A DNA stretch of 64,000 nucleotides. Origin: Sulfurimonadaceae bacterium. GTDB lineage: Bacteria > Campylobacterota > Campylobacteria > Campylobacterales > Sulfurimonadaceae. Below, piece after piece: positions 9,457 through 19,486 of this stretch (position 1 is its first letter; each line of letters begins with the position of its first letter). The notes below the pieces were generated by a model, which made no database searches, was not told the origin of the DNA, and worked only from the letters and a program-made list of their open reading frames with translations. Location of the stretch: assembly GCA_016744575.1 (NCBI GenBank), contig JADGEC010000003.1, positions 108 to 64,107 on the forward strand. The letters run 5' to 3'. The position numbers and the translations under genes were made by a program.

Positions 9457-10638
9457 TCACATCCCAGGGATACGAGGGATCTTACCGAGTTTCGAGTTTC
9501 GGCAGTACCAGCCCCACCCTTTTTTCATAAAGTGTCCGATAAATGGCATCGGGATCATCAAGCCGCGTTTATCATCACGATATACGAATGCAGCACCGTC
9601 ACCGCTATCCATCACACAAAGGATGTTAAGATGGTCTTGATAACCCTTACGCTCACTCTCACCGTTCTCTTTAGCGACGATGTTGAATGCGACATTTCGT
9701 GCCATCACCTCAGCGACATGGCCCTGCTTTGCACGCCAGTCTGGTCCTTCCAAGGCTGCAGTATCACCGATAGCATAGACATTGTAGTCTTCTGATGGCT
9801 CTTCGGGCTGTGCTTCGGAGAAGTCATTGATCTTGACGTAACCCGACTCATCCAGAGGAAGGTCAGAGTTCTGAAGGACTGGGTGTCCATTTCCGGCAGG
9901 GATGAACATCGTGAAGTCACTCTCAAGCTTGCTGTCATCTGCAAAGATGATGCCATCAGCCTCAAACCCTTTGAACTTCTTACCGAACCGCTTATTGATG
10001 TTCAGTTTTGTAAAGAAGACATCCATCATCTTGAGCGCCTGTGGTCCCATACGTGCACCTGGTTTTTCCATCGGAGCAAAGAACGTCAACTCAAACTTAT
10101 CACGGATCCCTTTTTTCTTCAGCATGTTGTGCACATTGAAAAGCAGTTCAAATGCAGGACCGCCTCTCACTGAAGAGGTGTCTTTCGGATTACCGCCAAA
10201 GCCCATAGCGATCTTGCCACCGCCTTTTGCGATCAGCGCATCGAGTCTGTCTTTGATGGCCAAAGAGTCTTCCGGGACACCACAGATGGAGAGCGTGTTC
10301 TCAATACCCTTGTGTTTCATCTTACCAGAACCCATCGCGACTACCAGATAATCATAGTCTAAGGTCCCACTCTCTTTTAACTCGACCTTTTTCTCTTTTG
10401 AGGTGATCTGTGTCACTTCGTCTATGATGAGTTCAAAACCGTGTGCCTTTTGCAGGTCAGCCAGAGGGACACAGACATCCTCAAACTTACTTGAACCTGT
10501 CGGGACCCAGATCGACGTCGGATAGATGTAAAAATAGTCTCTGTTACTTACCAGTGTGACCTCTATCTTCTTTTTTCGTAAATAGATAGCTGCTTCCACG
10601 CCTGCAAATCCGCCACCCAAGACCAATACTTTTTTCAT
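9457..10638 (-). CDS. FAD-dependent pyridine-nucleotide-disulfide-family oxidoreductase, sulfide:quinone oxidoreductase-like
   Basis: MKKVLVLGGGFAGVEAA Rossmann/FAD motif, second dinucleotide-fold region, about 390 aa. Start moved to the second ATG (10638), which has a GGAGA RBS 5 nt upstream. SQR versus NDH-2-like cannot be settled by eye. Confidence 0.7.
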   Translation of the reverse strand: MKKVLVLGGGFAGVEAAIYLRKKKIEVTLVSNRDYFYIYPTSIWVPTGSSKFEDVCVPLADLQKAHGFELIIDEVTQITSKEKKVELKESGTLDYDYLVVAMGSGKMKHKGIENTLSICGVPEDSLAIKDRLDALIAKGGGKIAMGFGGNPKDTSSVRGGPAFELLFNVHNMLKKKGIRDKFELTFFAPMEKPGARMGPQALKMMDVFFTKLNINKRFGKKFKGFEADGIIFADDSKLESDFTMFIPAGNGHPVLQNSDLPLDESGYVKINDFSEAQPEEPSEDYNVYAIGDTAALEGPDWRAKQGHVAEVMARNVAFNIVAKENGESERKGYQDHLNILCVMDSGDGAAFVYRDDKRGLMIPMPFIGHFMKKGWGWYCRNSKLGKIPRIPGM

Positions 10639-10824
10639 CTCTATCTCCATTTATAAGGCTCTAGGACACTACACATCACTACGTGTCCGATCGTTTGGCT
10701 AATGATACATAATTTGACGAATTAAAGTCAAGTTTACAACAGTTTAACCGTCATTTTATCCACTTTTACCCACTCTTTGTTGATTCCACTTTATGTTATG
10801 ATATCACAAATATTCGAGGTGACT

Positions 10825-11718
10825 ATGAAGATAGCAGTGGCAGGTATCGGCGGTGTGGGCGGCTATATAGGAGCGAAGCTATGTACTTTGCAGCCTAAAC
10901 AGAAGATCACCTTTATTGCGAGGGGTGAACATGCTCAAGCTATCAGAGAGAATGGGCTGCAGATCATCGAAGATAACGCTTCTTTCACAGCTAAGCCGAC
11001 CCATATCTGTGAAGCAGACGAAGCAGAAGATGTCTATGACCTACTGCTAATGTGTGTTAAAAGCTATAGCATCCCCGCTATGATAGAGTCATTGCGAAAG
11101 AACATCGACAAGAACACCGTTATCATCCCTTTTTCCAATGGTGTAGACCATACCGAGACTATCAGTGGTATGGTTGATGCCCGGGTCATGAACGGCGCTG
11201 TCTACATACTTGCACATATCCAAAGTCCCGGTATCATCCGCAAAGAGGGCAAGATCTTTGCCGCCGTCTTTGGCGGTAAGGGTCTTCAGGATGAGACGAT
11301 CTATGTCGACTGGCTGCTTGGAGAGGCGAAGCTGAGGACAAAGACACCACCCGACATAGAGAGTGCACTCTGGAAGAAATACCTCTTTATCAGTGCTTTT
11401 GCCACCCTCACCTCCTATTATGATGAGAGTATACAGAGCGTGTATGATCAGCATACGATGGAGACGGTATCACTACTTCAGGAGATAGTCACTCTTGCAT
11501 GGAAAAAAGGCATCGACTTAAGTAGTGAGGTCGACAAAGCACTTGCTACAGCAGCTTCATTGCCTAAAGATGCCTCTACCTCTATGCATCTTGACTTTCA
11601 GCAGCATCGCAGTACTGAACTCGAGACTCTAAGTGGCTATATCGTTCGTGAAGCACAAAAGTATGCTCTTTCACTGCCGGTGATGAGCATGATGTATAAG
11701 ACCTTAAAGGAGAGGTAA
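10825..11718 (+). CDS. panE: 2-dehydropantoate 2-reductase (ketopantoate reductase, ApbA/PanE family)
   Basis: MKIAVAGIGGVGGYIGAKL NAD(P)-binding N-terminus; about 300 aa; internal ATG at 10825 preceded by GAGGTG is preferred over the track start at 10777. Confidence 0.78.
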   Translation: MKIAVAGIGGVGGYIGAKLCTLQPKQKITFIARGEHAQAIRENGLQIIEDNASFTAKPTHICEADEAEDVYDLLLMCVKSYSIPAMIESLRKNIDKNTVIIPFSNGVDHTETISGMVDARVMNGAVYILAHIQSPGIIRKEGKIFAAVFGGKGLQDETIYVDWLLGEAKLRTKTPPDIESALWKKYLFISAFATLTSYYDESIQSVYDQHTMETVSLLQEIVTLAWKKGIDLSSEVDKALATAASLPKDASTSMHLDFQQHRSTELETLSGYIVREAQKYALSLPVMSMMYKTLKER

Positions 11719-12248
11719 TGGCAAAAGAAGAGATAGCACTGCTTGGCGGCGGATGTTTTTGGTGTATTGAAGCGGTCTATGCACAGGTCAAGGGTGTCAA
11801 GTCAGCCATAAGCGGTTATGCAGGCGGTCTCGGAGCCAACCCGGACTATAGATCTGTCTGTTCTGGGACTACCGGTCATGCTGAAGTCGTCGAGATCACC
11901 TTTGATCCTAATGTCATCAGCTTTAGTGAGCTCCTCGATATCTTCTGGGTCATCCACGACCCGACCACACTGAACCAGCAAGGCGCTGACCGTGGGACAC
12001 AGTACCGTTCTGTCATCTACTACCATGATGCCCTCCAGCAAGAGAGCGCAGAGGCATCAATCGCAGAGCTGCAAAAAGAGCTTAGAGATACCATCGTCAC
12101 CGAACGTTCACCGGCACCGACGTTCTACCCAGCGGAAGTCTATCATCAAGACTACTATGCGTTAAACAGTTCACAAGGATATTGTCAGGCGGTGATCGCA
12201 CCGAAGATCCAGAAGTTTATGACAAAGTTTTCGGACAAGATGGCCTAA
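11718..12248 (+). CDS. msrA: peptide-methionine (S)-S-oxide reductase
   Basis: GGGCFWCIEAVY active-site motif, HAEVVEITFDP, 176 aa. Confidence 0.95.
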   Translation: MAKEEIALLGGGCFWCIEAVYAQVKGVKSAISGYAGGLGANPDYRSVCSGTTGHAEVVEITFDPNVISFSELLDIFWVIHDPTTLNQQGADRGTQYRSVIYYHDALQQESAEASIAELQKELRDTIVTERSPAPTFYPAEVYHQDYYALNSSQGYCQAVIAPKIQKFMTKFSDKMA

Positions 12249-12514
12249 AAAAGATCTCTTGCTATCTTAATGCCTCTACTCTTGTGATTGGCCCACGACC
12301 TTCTTGGCGTACTATCACGCTTCGACCCTGACGCAGCGGGCAAAGTCCGCTCTGCGTAGAAGATCAAACAGCTAGTCACTATCCCTTACTAGACATATCT
12401 TACTCAGGGGAGATGATGAGGGTGTAACAGATGATAAATGGATCGTAACACTATCTGGACATCAAGGGTCTTCGGTTTCTCTCTAAGATGGTAAAGTATA
12501 TAGAAAGGAAGGCC

Positions 12515-13069
12515 ATGCCTAAGACACTCCCAATAGCACAACTCGGATCCCCGGTCATACGTACCGTGGCTGGACCCGCCGGCGACCTTGGAACGAAAGA
12601 GATGCAGGAGTTCATAGATGACTTGATGGTGACGTGCAATGAAGCCAAGGGCATGGGGATATCCGCACCTCAGGTCTACCGCTCGGAGCGTATTATGATC
12701 ATGTCTTCGACACCTAATGAACGCTATCCTCATGCACCAGAGATGGAGCCGACTGTACTGATCGACCCCGAGATCTTATGGCAGTCTGAGCAGAGTGAGA
12801 AAGATTGGGAGGGCTGCCTGAGTCTTCCGGGGATCCGGGCAATGGTGCCGCGCGCAAAGGAGGTACGTGTCACGTATCGCACTCGAGACGGTGAACATAA
12901 AAAAGCAAGCTTCGAAGGTTTTCTGGCACGCCTTTTTCTACATGAGTACGATCACCTCAACGGCATAGTGTTCATCGACCGCGTTGATTCGACACTCGAT
13001 GTCGTGATGGAGCAGGAGTTTAAGCGTATCATCGCTTCAAACGATGAAAAGAGATGGGATCAAAAGTAG
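12515..13069 (+). CDS. def: peptide deformylase
   Basis: Three PDF motifs: GMGISAPQV, EGCLSLPG, HEYDHLNG. Start placed at the ATG preceded by AAGGAAGG. Confidence 0.93.
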   Translation: MPKTLPIAQLGSPVIRTVAGPAGDLGTKEMQEFIDDLMVTCNEAKGMGISAPQVYRSERIMIMSSTPNERYPHAPEMEPTVLIDPEILWQSEQSEKDWEGCLSLPGIRAMVPRAKEVRVTYRTRDGEHKKASFEGFLARLFLHEYDHLNGIVFIDRVDSTLDVVMEQEFKRIIASNDEKRWDQK

Positions 13070-14259
13070 ATACTAAAAAGGTTCATCCCCTCTTCATGTC
13101 GATACTCAAGTCTAAAGCCATGTTTCTCGATGATGTTCTTCGTAATGTAGATACCAAGACCCAGCCCTTTTGCACTATCTTCAAACTTACGGTTAAAGAC
13201 ATGTCCAAATAGCGCTTCATCGAGTACGTCACCTAAAGAAGCGATAGTGACCGATTCCCTGCCTATACTAACAACAGGTCTGGAAGCGCCATACTTTAAG
13301 GCATTGTCGATGAGGTTCTTCAGTGCGACAGACATCAACTCAAAATCTGCCTCGATCTCACTTTCATCTGCTATGGTGATCTCTATGGCATCTTTATCGA
13401 CCATCAGGATATCCAGTGCATTGTCCAAAATATCTACTGTACGAAATCGCTTTTTTTTCAGACGAAGCTCATTGGAAGTGACGCGTTCTATCTTGGCAAA
13501 CTCTCCAAGTAGATGCTCAAAACGATCAAATAACTTTCTAAGACGCTGTGCGTTCTTCTCATCATCGATGAGATCAGAGATCAGCTTGCCCTTGGCTATA
13601 GGTGTCTTAAGCTCATGCATGATATTTCTCAAAAAGAGGTTTCGTGACTCCTGAAGCTGCCTGATCGTCGAGATGGCGTTCTCAAACTCGTTAGAGACTT
13701 CAGCGATCTCATCTTTTCCACTCATACTCGTATGCACATCCAGACCTCCTCTCGAAAACTCTTTTATAGCGTGTTTGAGCTCTCGTAACGGCCAGATCCG
13801 TCGGATAACATATAAGAAGAAAGAGAGTACCGCCAGATCGATCAATAAAGCGAACAAGAGCAGCCGTTTGTCTTCGAGTCTCTCATCCATGTAACGAAAG
13901 TAATGTTTAATAGCTCGCCTTTTATCATCAAGGTGAAGATAGATCATACCCTCATAGGCATAGACTTTTATATCCTTATCACTTCCGAGCAGTCTACCTT
14001 TTTGAAAGTCTCCCGCCTCCTCTTTTCGTAACATCTCCATTTTCAAGATATCATGCAGGCGCTTCTTTGCCATCTCGTAAGGCACCCGCTGCACCCTGCT
14101 CATGTGCAGGAGCTGAGTGCTTTCATGTACGTTCTTAAAAGCCCTTTCTACTACATACTCCTGTTCATAACCATACTGAAGGTAAAAAAGTGTGTTGATG
14201 ACCCCCATCAGGAAGAGGAAAAAAAGCGAGATATAGAATATCAGCGAGTGTCTATTCAT
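13060..14259 (-). CDS. sensor histidine kinase (two TM segments, HAMP, HisKA, HATPase)
   Basis: H-box MHELKTPIA, N-box LKNLIDNALKY, G-box GLGLGIYITKNIIEKHG; 8-nt overlap with the upstream response regulator gene. Confidence 0.88.
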   Translation of the reverse strand: MNRHSLIFYISLFFLFLMGVINTLFYLQYGYEQEYVVERAFKNVHESTQLLHMSRVQRVPYEMAKKRLHDILKMEMLRKEEAGDFQKGRLLGSDKDIKVYAYEGMIYLHLDDKRRAIKHYFRYMDERLEDKRLLLFALLIDLAVLSFFLYVIRRIWPLRELKHAIKEFSRGGLDVHTSMSGKDEIAEVSNEFENAISTIRQLQESRNLFLRNIMHELKTPIAKGKLISDLIDDEKNAQRLRKLFDRFEHLLGEFAKIERVTSNELRLKKKRFRTVDILDNALDILMVDKDAIEITIADESEIEADFELMSVALKNLIDNALKYGASRPVVSIGRESVTIASLGDVLDEALFGHVFNRKFEDSAKGLGLGIYITKNIIEKHGFRLEYRHEEGMNLFSIYF

Positions 14260-14926
14260 TGATCAGCTTATACCCGATGCCACGCAACGAGATGATAAAA
14301 TGCGGTCTCTTGGGGTCCTCTTCGATCTTTGCACGCAGCCTTCCGATCATGACATCAATACTCTTTATAGAGCTCTCATAATTGATAGCTTCCACATTGG
14401 TGATGATCTCCTCTCTGCTAAGTGCAAAACCTGAACGTTTGATAAAATAGGCCATGATCTCGAACTCTGCATTGGTGAGATGGAGCAGCTCACCGTTCTT
14501 TCGGACCTCTTGACGTTCCAAAGAGTATTCAAAGACCGCCTTTTTCTTTTCACTGACAGGCTCTTTCCTGTAGCGGCGCAGCACAGAGTGGATACGTAAC
14601 AGAAGCTCTTGCGATTCGTAGGGTTTTGGCATGTAATCATCTGCACCCATGTAAAAACAGGCACTTTTATCACTTATATCCGAACGTGCGGATGAGATGA
14701 TGATCGGGATATCGGAGTACTCCCTCACCATACGGCATACTTCCAGACCATCGATATCAGGTAAGGAGAGGTCCAAGATCAGAAGATCGAACGTCTCGGA
14801 GCGCAATGCACTCAGGCCCAGGTCAGGTGTCTCAAAATTGGTGACCTTGACATTATGTCGGGCAAGGTACTCTCCTATCAGTTCAGCCATCTCCGTATCA
14901 TCTTCGATCATCGCGACATGTGTCAT
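14252..14926 (-). CDS. OmpR/PhoB-family response regulator
   Basis: Receiver domain (LLILDLSLPDIDG) plus C-terminal winged-helix (LTNAEFEIMAYF...GIGYKL). Confidence 0.92.
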   Translation of the reverse strand: MTHVAMIEDDTEMAELIGEYLARHNVKVTNFETPDLGLSALRSETFDLLILDLSLPDIDGLEVCRMVREYSDIPIIISSARSDISDKSACFYMGADDYMPKPYESQELLLRIHSVLRRYRKEPVSEKKKAVFEYSLERQEVRKNGELLHLTNAEFEIMAYFIKRSGFALSREEIITNVEAINYESSIKSIDVMIGRLRAKIEEDPKRPHFIISLRGIGYKLINE

Positions 14927-14993
14927 GTGTCAGCCTTTTGCATGTATTGAAAGAAGTATACCAGCCTCTTCGGTATCACCTCCATGATGCCCT

Positions 14994-15461
14994 CTAGTAA
15001 CCCAGATCTTCGAGCGTGGAAGTCGTGTTGGCTGCTTTCTCTTCAAGAAGGCTTTTCAGCTCTGAACGCTGCTCAGGTGTCAAGATGGCTATGATCTGTT
15101 CAAGATGTGCTGCATGCGCTTCACTACGTACGATACACTGCTCCTGTGTAGACTTTGCAAGTGCAGAAGTATCCAGCCCGCTTTCACTGATAGCATCAGC
15201 AAGTGCCTGGTCTTTTTCGCTTCTATCATCTACGATCTCTTCCTGTTCAGCTCTAAACATCACATCCAACTCTTTTAGAGCCGTCATCTGTTCATCACTG
15301 AGCCCGACTTCTCTTAACAAGTGTCTGATCGGGCTTGGTGGTCGTTCCATCTGATCTTGCTGGCCCATAGCCCCTCTTTCATGACCACCAAAAGCATAAA
15401 CGCTCAATGTCAGTGTCGACACAGCGACGCTAATGGCTAAGATCTTTATAAATGGTCTCAT
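14994..15461 (-). CDS. periplasmic Spy/CpxP-family (LTxxQ motif) protein
   Basis: Signal peptide; two LTxxQ-type motifs (LSDEQMTALKEL and LTPEQRSELKSLL); 155 aa; directly downstream of the two-component pair. Confidence 0.65.
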   Translation of the reverse strand: MRPFIKILAISVAVSTLTLSVYAFGGHERGAMGQQDQMERPPSPIRHLLREVGLSDEQMTALKELDVMFRAEQEEIVDDRSEKDQALADAISESGLDTSALAKSTQEQCIVRSEAHAAHLEQIIAILTPEQRSELKSLLEEKAANTTSTLEDLGY

Positions 15462-15634
15462 AGCTCTTTCCTTGTGCTGTTAATATAGTGTGATTATAGT
15501 AGGTCGAGGTTTACGCTACGTAATGATTTCTAAACCGATCGTAACAAAGAGAAGTCAGAAAAAAGTCAGAAGATGCTGATGAGTAAGAAGTCGACACCTT
15601 GGAAGTCATTAAGACATTCCAAGTGTGTCAAGTC

Positions 15635-15650
15635 GACGGCAGTAGCCGTC
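15635..15650 (-). terminator. GC-rich hairpin GACGGC-agta-GCCGTC just after the OmpA-family gene stop
   Basis: Perfect 6-bp GC-rich stem 13 nt downstream of the stop at 15663 on the minus strand, followed by a second imperfect hairpin (about 15594-15630); no clear U tract. Confidence 0.4.
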
Positions 15651-15662
15651 TGAGAGTATCGC

Positions 15663-16952
15663 TTACTGCGAAAGCTCTGCGGAGATACGGCGATTCTTAT
15701 CGCGACCTGGTTTGTACATGTTGTCTGCGATCGGCTCAGATTCACCTCGGCCTTCAGCAGTAAGACGTGAAGCATCCACACCGTCAGCGATGATCATCTC
15801 TCTGACAGCATTCGCACGACGCTCGGAGACCACCTGGTTAGCTGCTGCAGAACCAATGCTATCGGTATGTCCGATGAGTTTTACATTGTAAGCAGGGTTC
15901 TCTTTCAAAAACTGAGAATACTCTTTGACTTTTGCTTGTGAAGCAGCATCGACCTTATCTGAATTAAACTCAAATGTCAGAGCCAGATCCAGGGTACGAG
16001 GACAACCGTTCTCATCTACAGCCAGACCTTTTTGTGTATTTGGACATTTGTCAGCTGCTCCAAAGATTCCATCACCGTCATCATCGGTCTCTTGTGGACA
16101 TCCAGCACTGTCTACTGCCACACCAGATGGCGTATCAGCACACTTGTCCTGATAGTCAGCCACGCCATCACCATCACTATCCATCGGACATCCAGAAGCG
16201 TCTACTTTGATCCCTTCAGGAGTCTCTGCACACTTATCAAGAGAGTCTGGGATACCATCGCCATCTCCATCAAGAGCACAACCAGTACTATCTATAGCTA
16301 CGCCGACAGGAGTATTTGAACACTTGTCATCTGCATCAGCCACACCATCGCCATCACTATCATCTGATACGACTGCGACAGCAGCTACGGCAGCTACGGC
16401 AGCTGCTGCTGTAGTCGCTGCTGCTGCTTGTGCACCAAATGAGAATGTGACACCTACTAGTCCAGCCAGATTGTTGTCCCAGCGGTTATCGTTACGTTTT
16501 ATCATGTAAAGGGCTTCGAGTTTCAGTGCGATCCGTTCTGTGATCGGGACCTTCACACCAGCTCCTACATCAGCAAAGACACTACTCTCATTATCGTAAG
16601 CCTTGTCTGACATCTGCTCATATCCCAGACCGGCTTTTGCGAATGGGATCACATTTCCATCCGTGTTGTAATCATAGACACCATTTACCATAAAGCGTAA
16701 AAAGTCCGTATCACCATTATCTCCCGAATAGTCCACACCTGGTGAGTACAAAACAGAAAGCTCTGGTTTGATCACGCTTTCAAACATATCATTGAACTGA
16801 AACTCAGCTCCAAATGCAAACTCATCATCAAGCTGTAGATTACCCTCTTTCCAGACACCGCCGACAAGCGGTGTCACTTCATAATCATACGTGGCCGCCG
16901 AAGCGATCGTCGATGCTGCCATCACAGACAGCAAGAATCCAACTTTTTTCAT
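15663..16952 (-). CDS. OmpA-family outer-membrane protein with thrombospondin type-3 (calcium-binding) repeats
   Basis: Signal peptide MKKVGFLLSVMAASTIASA, N-terminal beta-barrel-like region, Ala-rich linker, four DxDGDG(V/I)xDxxDKC repeats and a C-terminal OmpA_C domain (LIGHTDSIGS...NQVVSERRANAV). Start set at 16952 (AGGAG RBS). Confidence 0.85.
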   Translation of the reverse strand: MKKVGFLLSVMAASTIASAATYDYEVTPLVGGVWKEGNLQLDDEFAFGAEFQFNDMFESVIKPELSVLYSPGVDYSGDNGDTDFLRFMVNGVYDYNTDGNVIPFAKAGLGYEQMSDKAYDNESSVFADVGAGVKVPITERIALKLEALYMIKRNDNRWDNNLAGLVGVTFSFGAQAAAATTAAAAVAAVAAVAVVSDDSDGDGVADADDKCSNTPVGVAIDSTGCALDGDGDGIPDSLDKCAETPEGIKVDASGCPMDSDGDGVADYQDKCADTPSGVAVDSAGCPQETDDDGDGIFGAADKCPNTQKGLAVDENGCPRTLDLALTFEFNSDKVDAASQAKVKEYSQFLKENPAYNVKLIGHTDSIGSAAANQVVSERRANAVREMIIADGVDASRLTAEGRGESEPIADNMYKPGRDKNRRISAELSQ

Positions 16953-17090
16953 TTGACATCTCCTAGTAATAGTATATAGATCCATTATACATGATCTGGC
17001 TTATGCAAATGGCAAAATACCTACGACGAAAAACAATAGTTTAAAAAAGTGTTTACCTAATAGAAAACAATATGTAAAATGGTACTTTTC

Positions 17091-17109
17091 AAGCCCTTTT
17101 CACGGGCTT
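17091..17109 (-). terminator. hairpin AAGCCC-N7-GGGCTT downstream of the BFD-like gene
   Basis: 6-bp GC-rich stem about 40 nt after the stop at 17150; no adjacent U tract. Confidence 0.35.
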
Positions 17110-17149
17110 ACACACACTTCCCAAGGACACTGCATCAAAGCTTGTCACA

Positions 17150-17428
17150 TCAAATACGATCTTGTTTTACCAGTGAAAGGACCATGGACAAAGAGAACCC
17201 ATCATAGTCATAACCCTCTTCAACGCACTTCTCGCACTTATCACCCATCGGGCATTCATCATTCGCTGTCATCTCTGCGACTGTCTTAAAGTCATTAGTC
17301 TTAATACATTCGGCTATCTCTCGTATGGTCAGTGAATTACAGACACATATCTCCTTATCTAGATCGATCATCCATGCTCCGTGTCTATCTTTTCTCACAA
17401 TCATAACGATCAGACCAGGATTATGCAA
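17150..17428 (-). CDS. BFD-like [2Fe-2S]-binding domain protein
   Basis: CVCNSLTIREIAECI...CPMGDKCEKC matches the CxC...CxxC pattern of bacterioferritin-associated ferredoxin-like domains; the true start may be an internal Met (MIDLDKEICVC). Confidence 0.6.
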   Translation of the reverse strand: MHNPGLIVMIVRKDRHGAWMIDLDKEICVCNSLTIREIAECIKTNDFKTVAEMTANDECPMGDKCEKCVEEGYDYDGFSLSMVLSLVKQDRI

Positions 17429-17640
17429 TAGTAGCAGGCAAAGATCCTTGTCTTAAGCATCTCTAAATATATTGTCTTACAGGCGTTTTATATAGTCTTT
17501 ATTTATATTAGCGTATTATTTCCTAATAAAGTCGTTAAGTGACGACAGGGCAACACTAATCAAGTCCCCACACATCACAAAATATCTTTAGCGCTATAGT
17601 GGACCCTGTTGGGCAGGTCTCTATAGCCAGATGAGGCCAT

Positions 17641-18012
17641 ATGTACAAGATGTTATTCGGATCGACACTAATAGTATCGGTACTGCTTATGAGCGGTTGC
17701 AGTAGTAAAGATGAAAGACTTAGTACGGAGAGCATGGAAGAGGCACGAGCACATAGTGAAGCTCTTAGAAAACACCATAAGCAAAAAGATCTGCATAAGG
17801 CTATCATACGTGGTGGTGAGGATGCCGGCTGGCGGATGACACCATTTAAGAACAATGCTGTTATAGCAGAGTTCTTTGATGGTGATGACAGCCTTGTGAC
17901 TACCGTCGTCTTTGACCGGTACGGCTATGATTATTTCCCCGAAGCTGATATCAGTGATCTGAGTGAAGCGATCGACGCTCAGATCAAAAGAGAGGCTAAT
18001 GGAGAGCACTGA
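17641..18012 (+). CDS. hypothetical lipoprotein
   Basis: Lipobox LLMSGC after a hydrophobic h-region; no other motif. Confidence 0.55.
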   Translation: MYKMLFGSTLIVSVLLMSGCSSKDERLSTESMEEARAHSEALRKHHKQKDLHKAIIRGGEDAGWRMTPFKNNAVIAEFFDGDDSLVTTVVFDRYGYDYFPEADISDLSEAIDAQIKREANGEH

Positions 18013-18123
18013 TCTGGTCAGTGGCTTAAGTCAATACTGTTGCGATACCCCACTCCACTCCGAAGTGGGTAGATATAAGTCGATTTACTTTATACTTCCA
18101 AAAATCATTTTTGGACCGCACTG

Positions 18124-18882
18124 ATGGACTATTTTGCCAAACGTATCATCCCCTGCCTAGACGTAAAAGACGGTAGGGTCGTCAAGGGTGTGAACTTCGT
18201 CGGACTCAGAGATGCCGGCGACCCAGTCGAAGTAGCTAAACGCTATAACGAAGAGGGTGCAGACGAGCTTACATTCCTCGACATCACGGCCTCTCATGAA
18301 GAGCGCGATACCATCGTCCATATCGTCGAACAGGTAGCGAAAGAGGTCTTTATCCCTCTTACCGTCGGTGGCGGTATCCGAAAACTAGATGACATCTACC
18401 GTCTTCTCAATGTGGGCTGCGATAAGGTCAGTGTCAACTCAGCCGCTATTAAACGGCCTGAACTCATCGATGAGGGCGCAAAACGTTTTGGCTCCCAATG
18501 CATCGTAGTCGCCATCGATGTCAAGCAGACTGGAGATCACTATAATGTCTATCTCAATGGTGGGCGTATCGACACCGGTATCAATGCTGTAGAGTGGGCG
18601 AAAGAAGTAGTCGACCGAGGTGCAGGAGAGATCTTGCTTACCTCTATGGACGCAGATGGTACAAAAGCAGGTTTTGACATCCCTATCACACAGCAGATAA
18701 GTAAACTCGTCAATGTACCTATCATCGCCAGTGGCGGCGCTGGGACGATGGACCATATCAAAGAGGCATTTGACCACGGTGCCGATGCTGCACTTGCTGC
18801 CAGTATCTTTCACTATAAAGAGATCGATATCATGGATCTTAAACATTACCTGAGTGAGCAGGGTATCCCCGTTAGACTCTGA
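18124..18882 (+). CDS. hisF: imidazole glycerol phosphate synthase, cyclase subunit
   Basis: [20 protein letters not shown]...LTVGGGIR...IASGGAG signatures; 252 aa. Confidence 0.96.
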   Translation: MDYFAKRIIPCLDVKDGRVVKGVNFVGLRDAGDPVEVAKRYNEEGADELTFLDITASHEERDTIVHIVEQVAKEVFIPLTVGGGIRKLDDIYRLLNVGCDKVSVNSAAIKRPELIDEGAKRFGSQCIVVAIDVKQTGDHYNVYLNGGRIDTGINAVEWAKEVVDRGAGEILLTSMDADGTKAGFDIPITQQISKLVNVPIIASGGAGTMDHIKEAFDHGADAALAASIFHYKEIDIMDLKHYLSEQGIPVRL

Positions 18883-18946
18883 TGAGTTTACCCCTCATCC
18901 ATCCTTCCTTGCTCTACTGTGACCACCTTCTTGATTTGGAGATAAA

Positions 18947-19486
18947 ATGATCATCTGTGCCGGAAACAATGAGAACTTTGACTTTGCCCTGCCGACAGGT
19001 GTCGGCCTTGTCGAAACAGCGATGAACCTGACGAGACTATGCCTTTTTGATAAACCCGAATACATACTTTTTGTCGGTACTGCCGGAAGCTATGGGAGTC
19101 ATGCTATCTTTGATATCATCGAGTCCAAAACAGCGGCTAACATCGAACTCTCTTCTCTTCAGAAGAAGTCATACACCCCGCTTGACAACGTGATCTCTAC
19201 GCAAACTGAGGACAAACGTGATGTTATCATCAACTCCTCAAACTACATCTCTACTGATCTGGAATTGGCATCTGGATTTGAGCGATTTGGTGTCACACTT
19301 GAGAACATGGAGTTCTTTTCTGTCTTACGTGTGGCTCAGGAATTCGACATCCCCGCCGGTGGTGTCTTTTGTGTGACCAACCTTTGTGATGAAGATGCTC
19401 ATAAGGATTTCATGCAAAACCATGAAGAGGCCAAACTCAGACTTACTACCCACGTGAAACGCAGGATCAAGGAGTTGACCTCATGA
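18947..19486 (+). CDS. nucleoside phosphorylase-superfamily (PNP_UDP_1-like) protein
   Basis: 179 aa with FVGTAGSY and ENMEFFSV...CVTN segments reminiscent of MTAN/futalosine-hydrolase-type phosphorylase folds; specific function not assignable. Confidence 0.5.
   Translation: MIICAGNNENFDFALPTGVGLVETAMNLTRLCLFDKPEYILFVGTAGSYGSHAIFDIIESKTAANIELSSLQKKSYTPLDNVISTQTEDKRDVIINSSNYISTDLELASGFERFGVTLENMEFFSVLRVAQEFDIPAGGVFCVTNLCDEDAHKDFMQNHEEAKLRLTTHVKRRIKELTS

Noticed and set aside
12404-12733. 109-aa minus-strand ORF overlapping the def 5' region
   Set aside because: It overlaps the strongly supported peptide deformylase gene on the opposite strand. Its product is His/Arg-rich junk.
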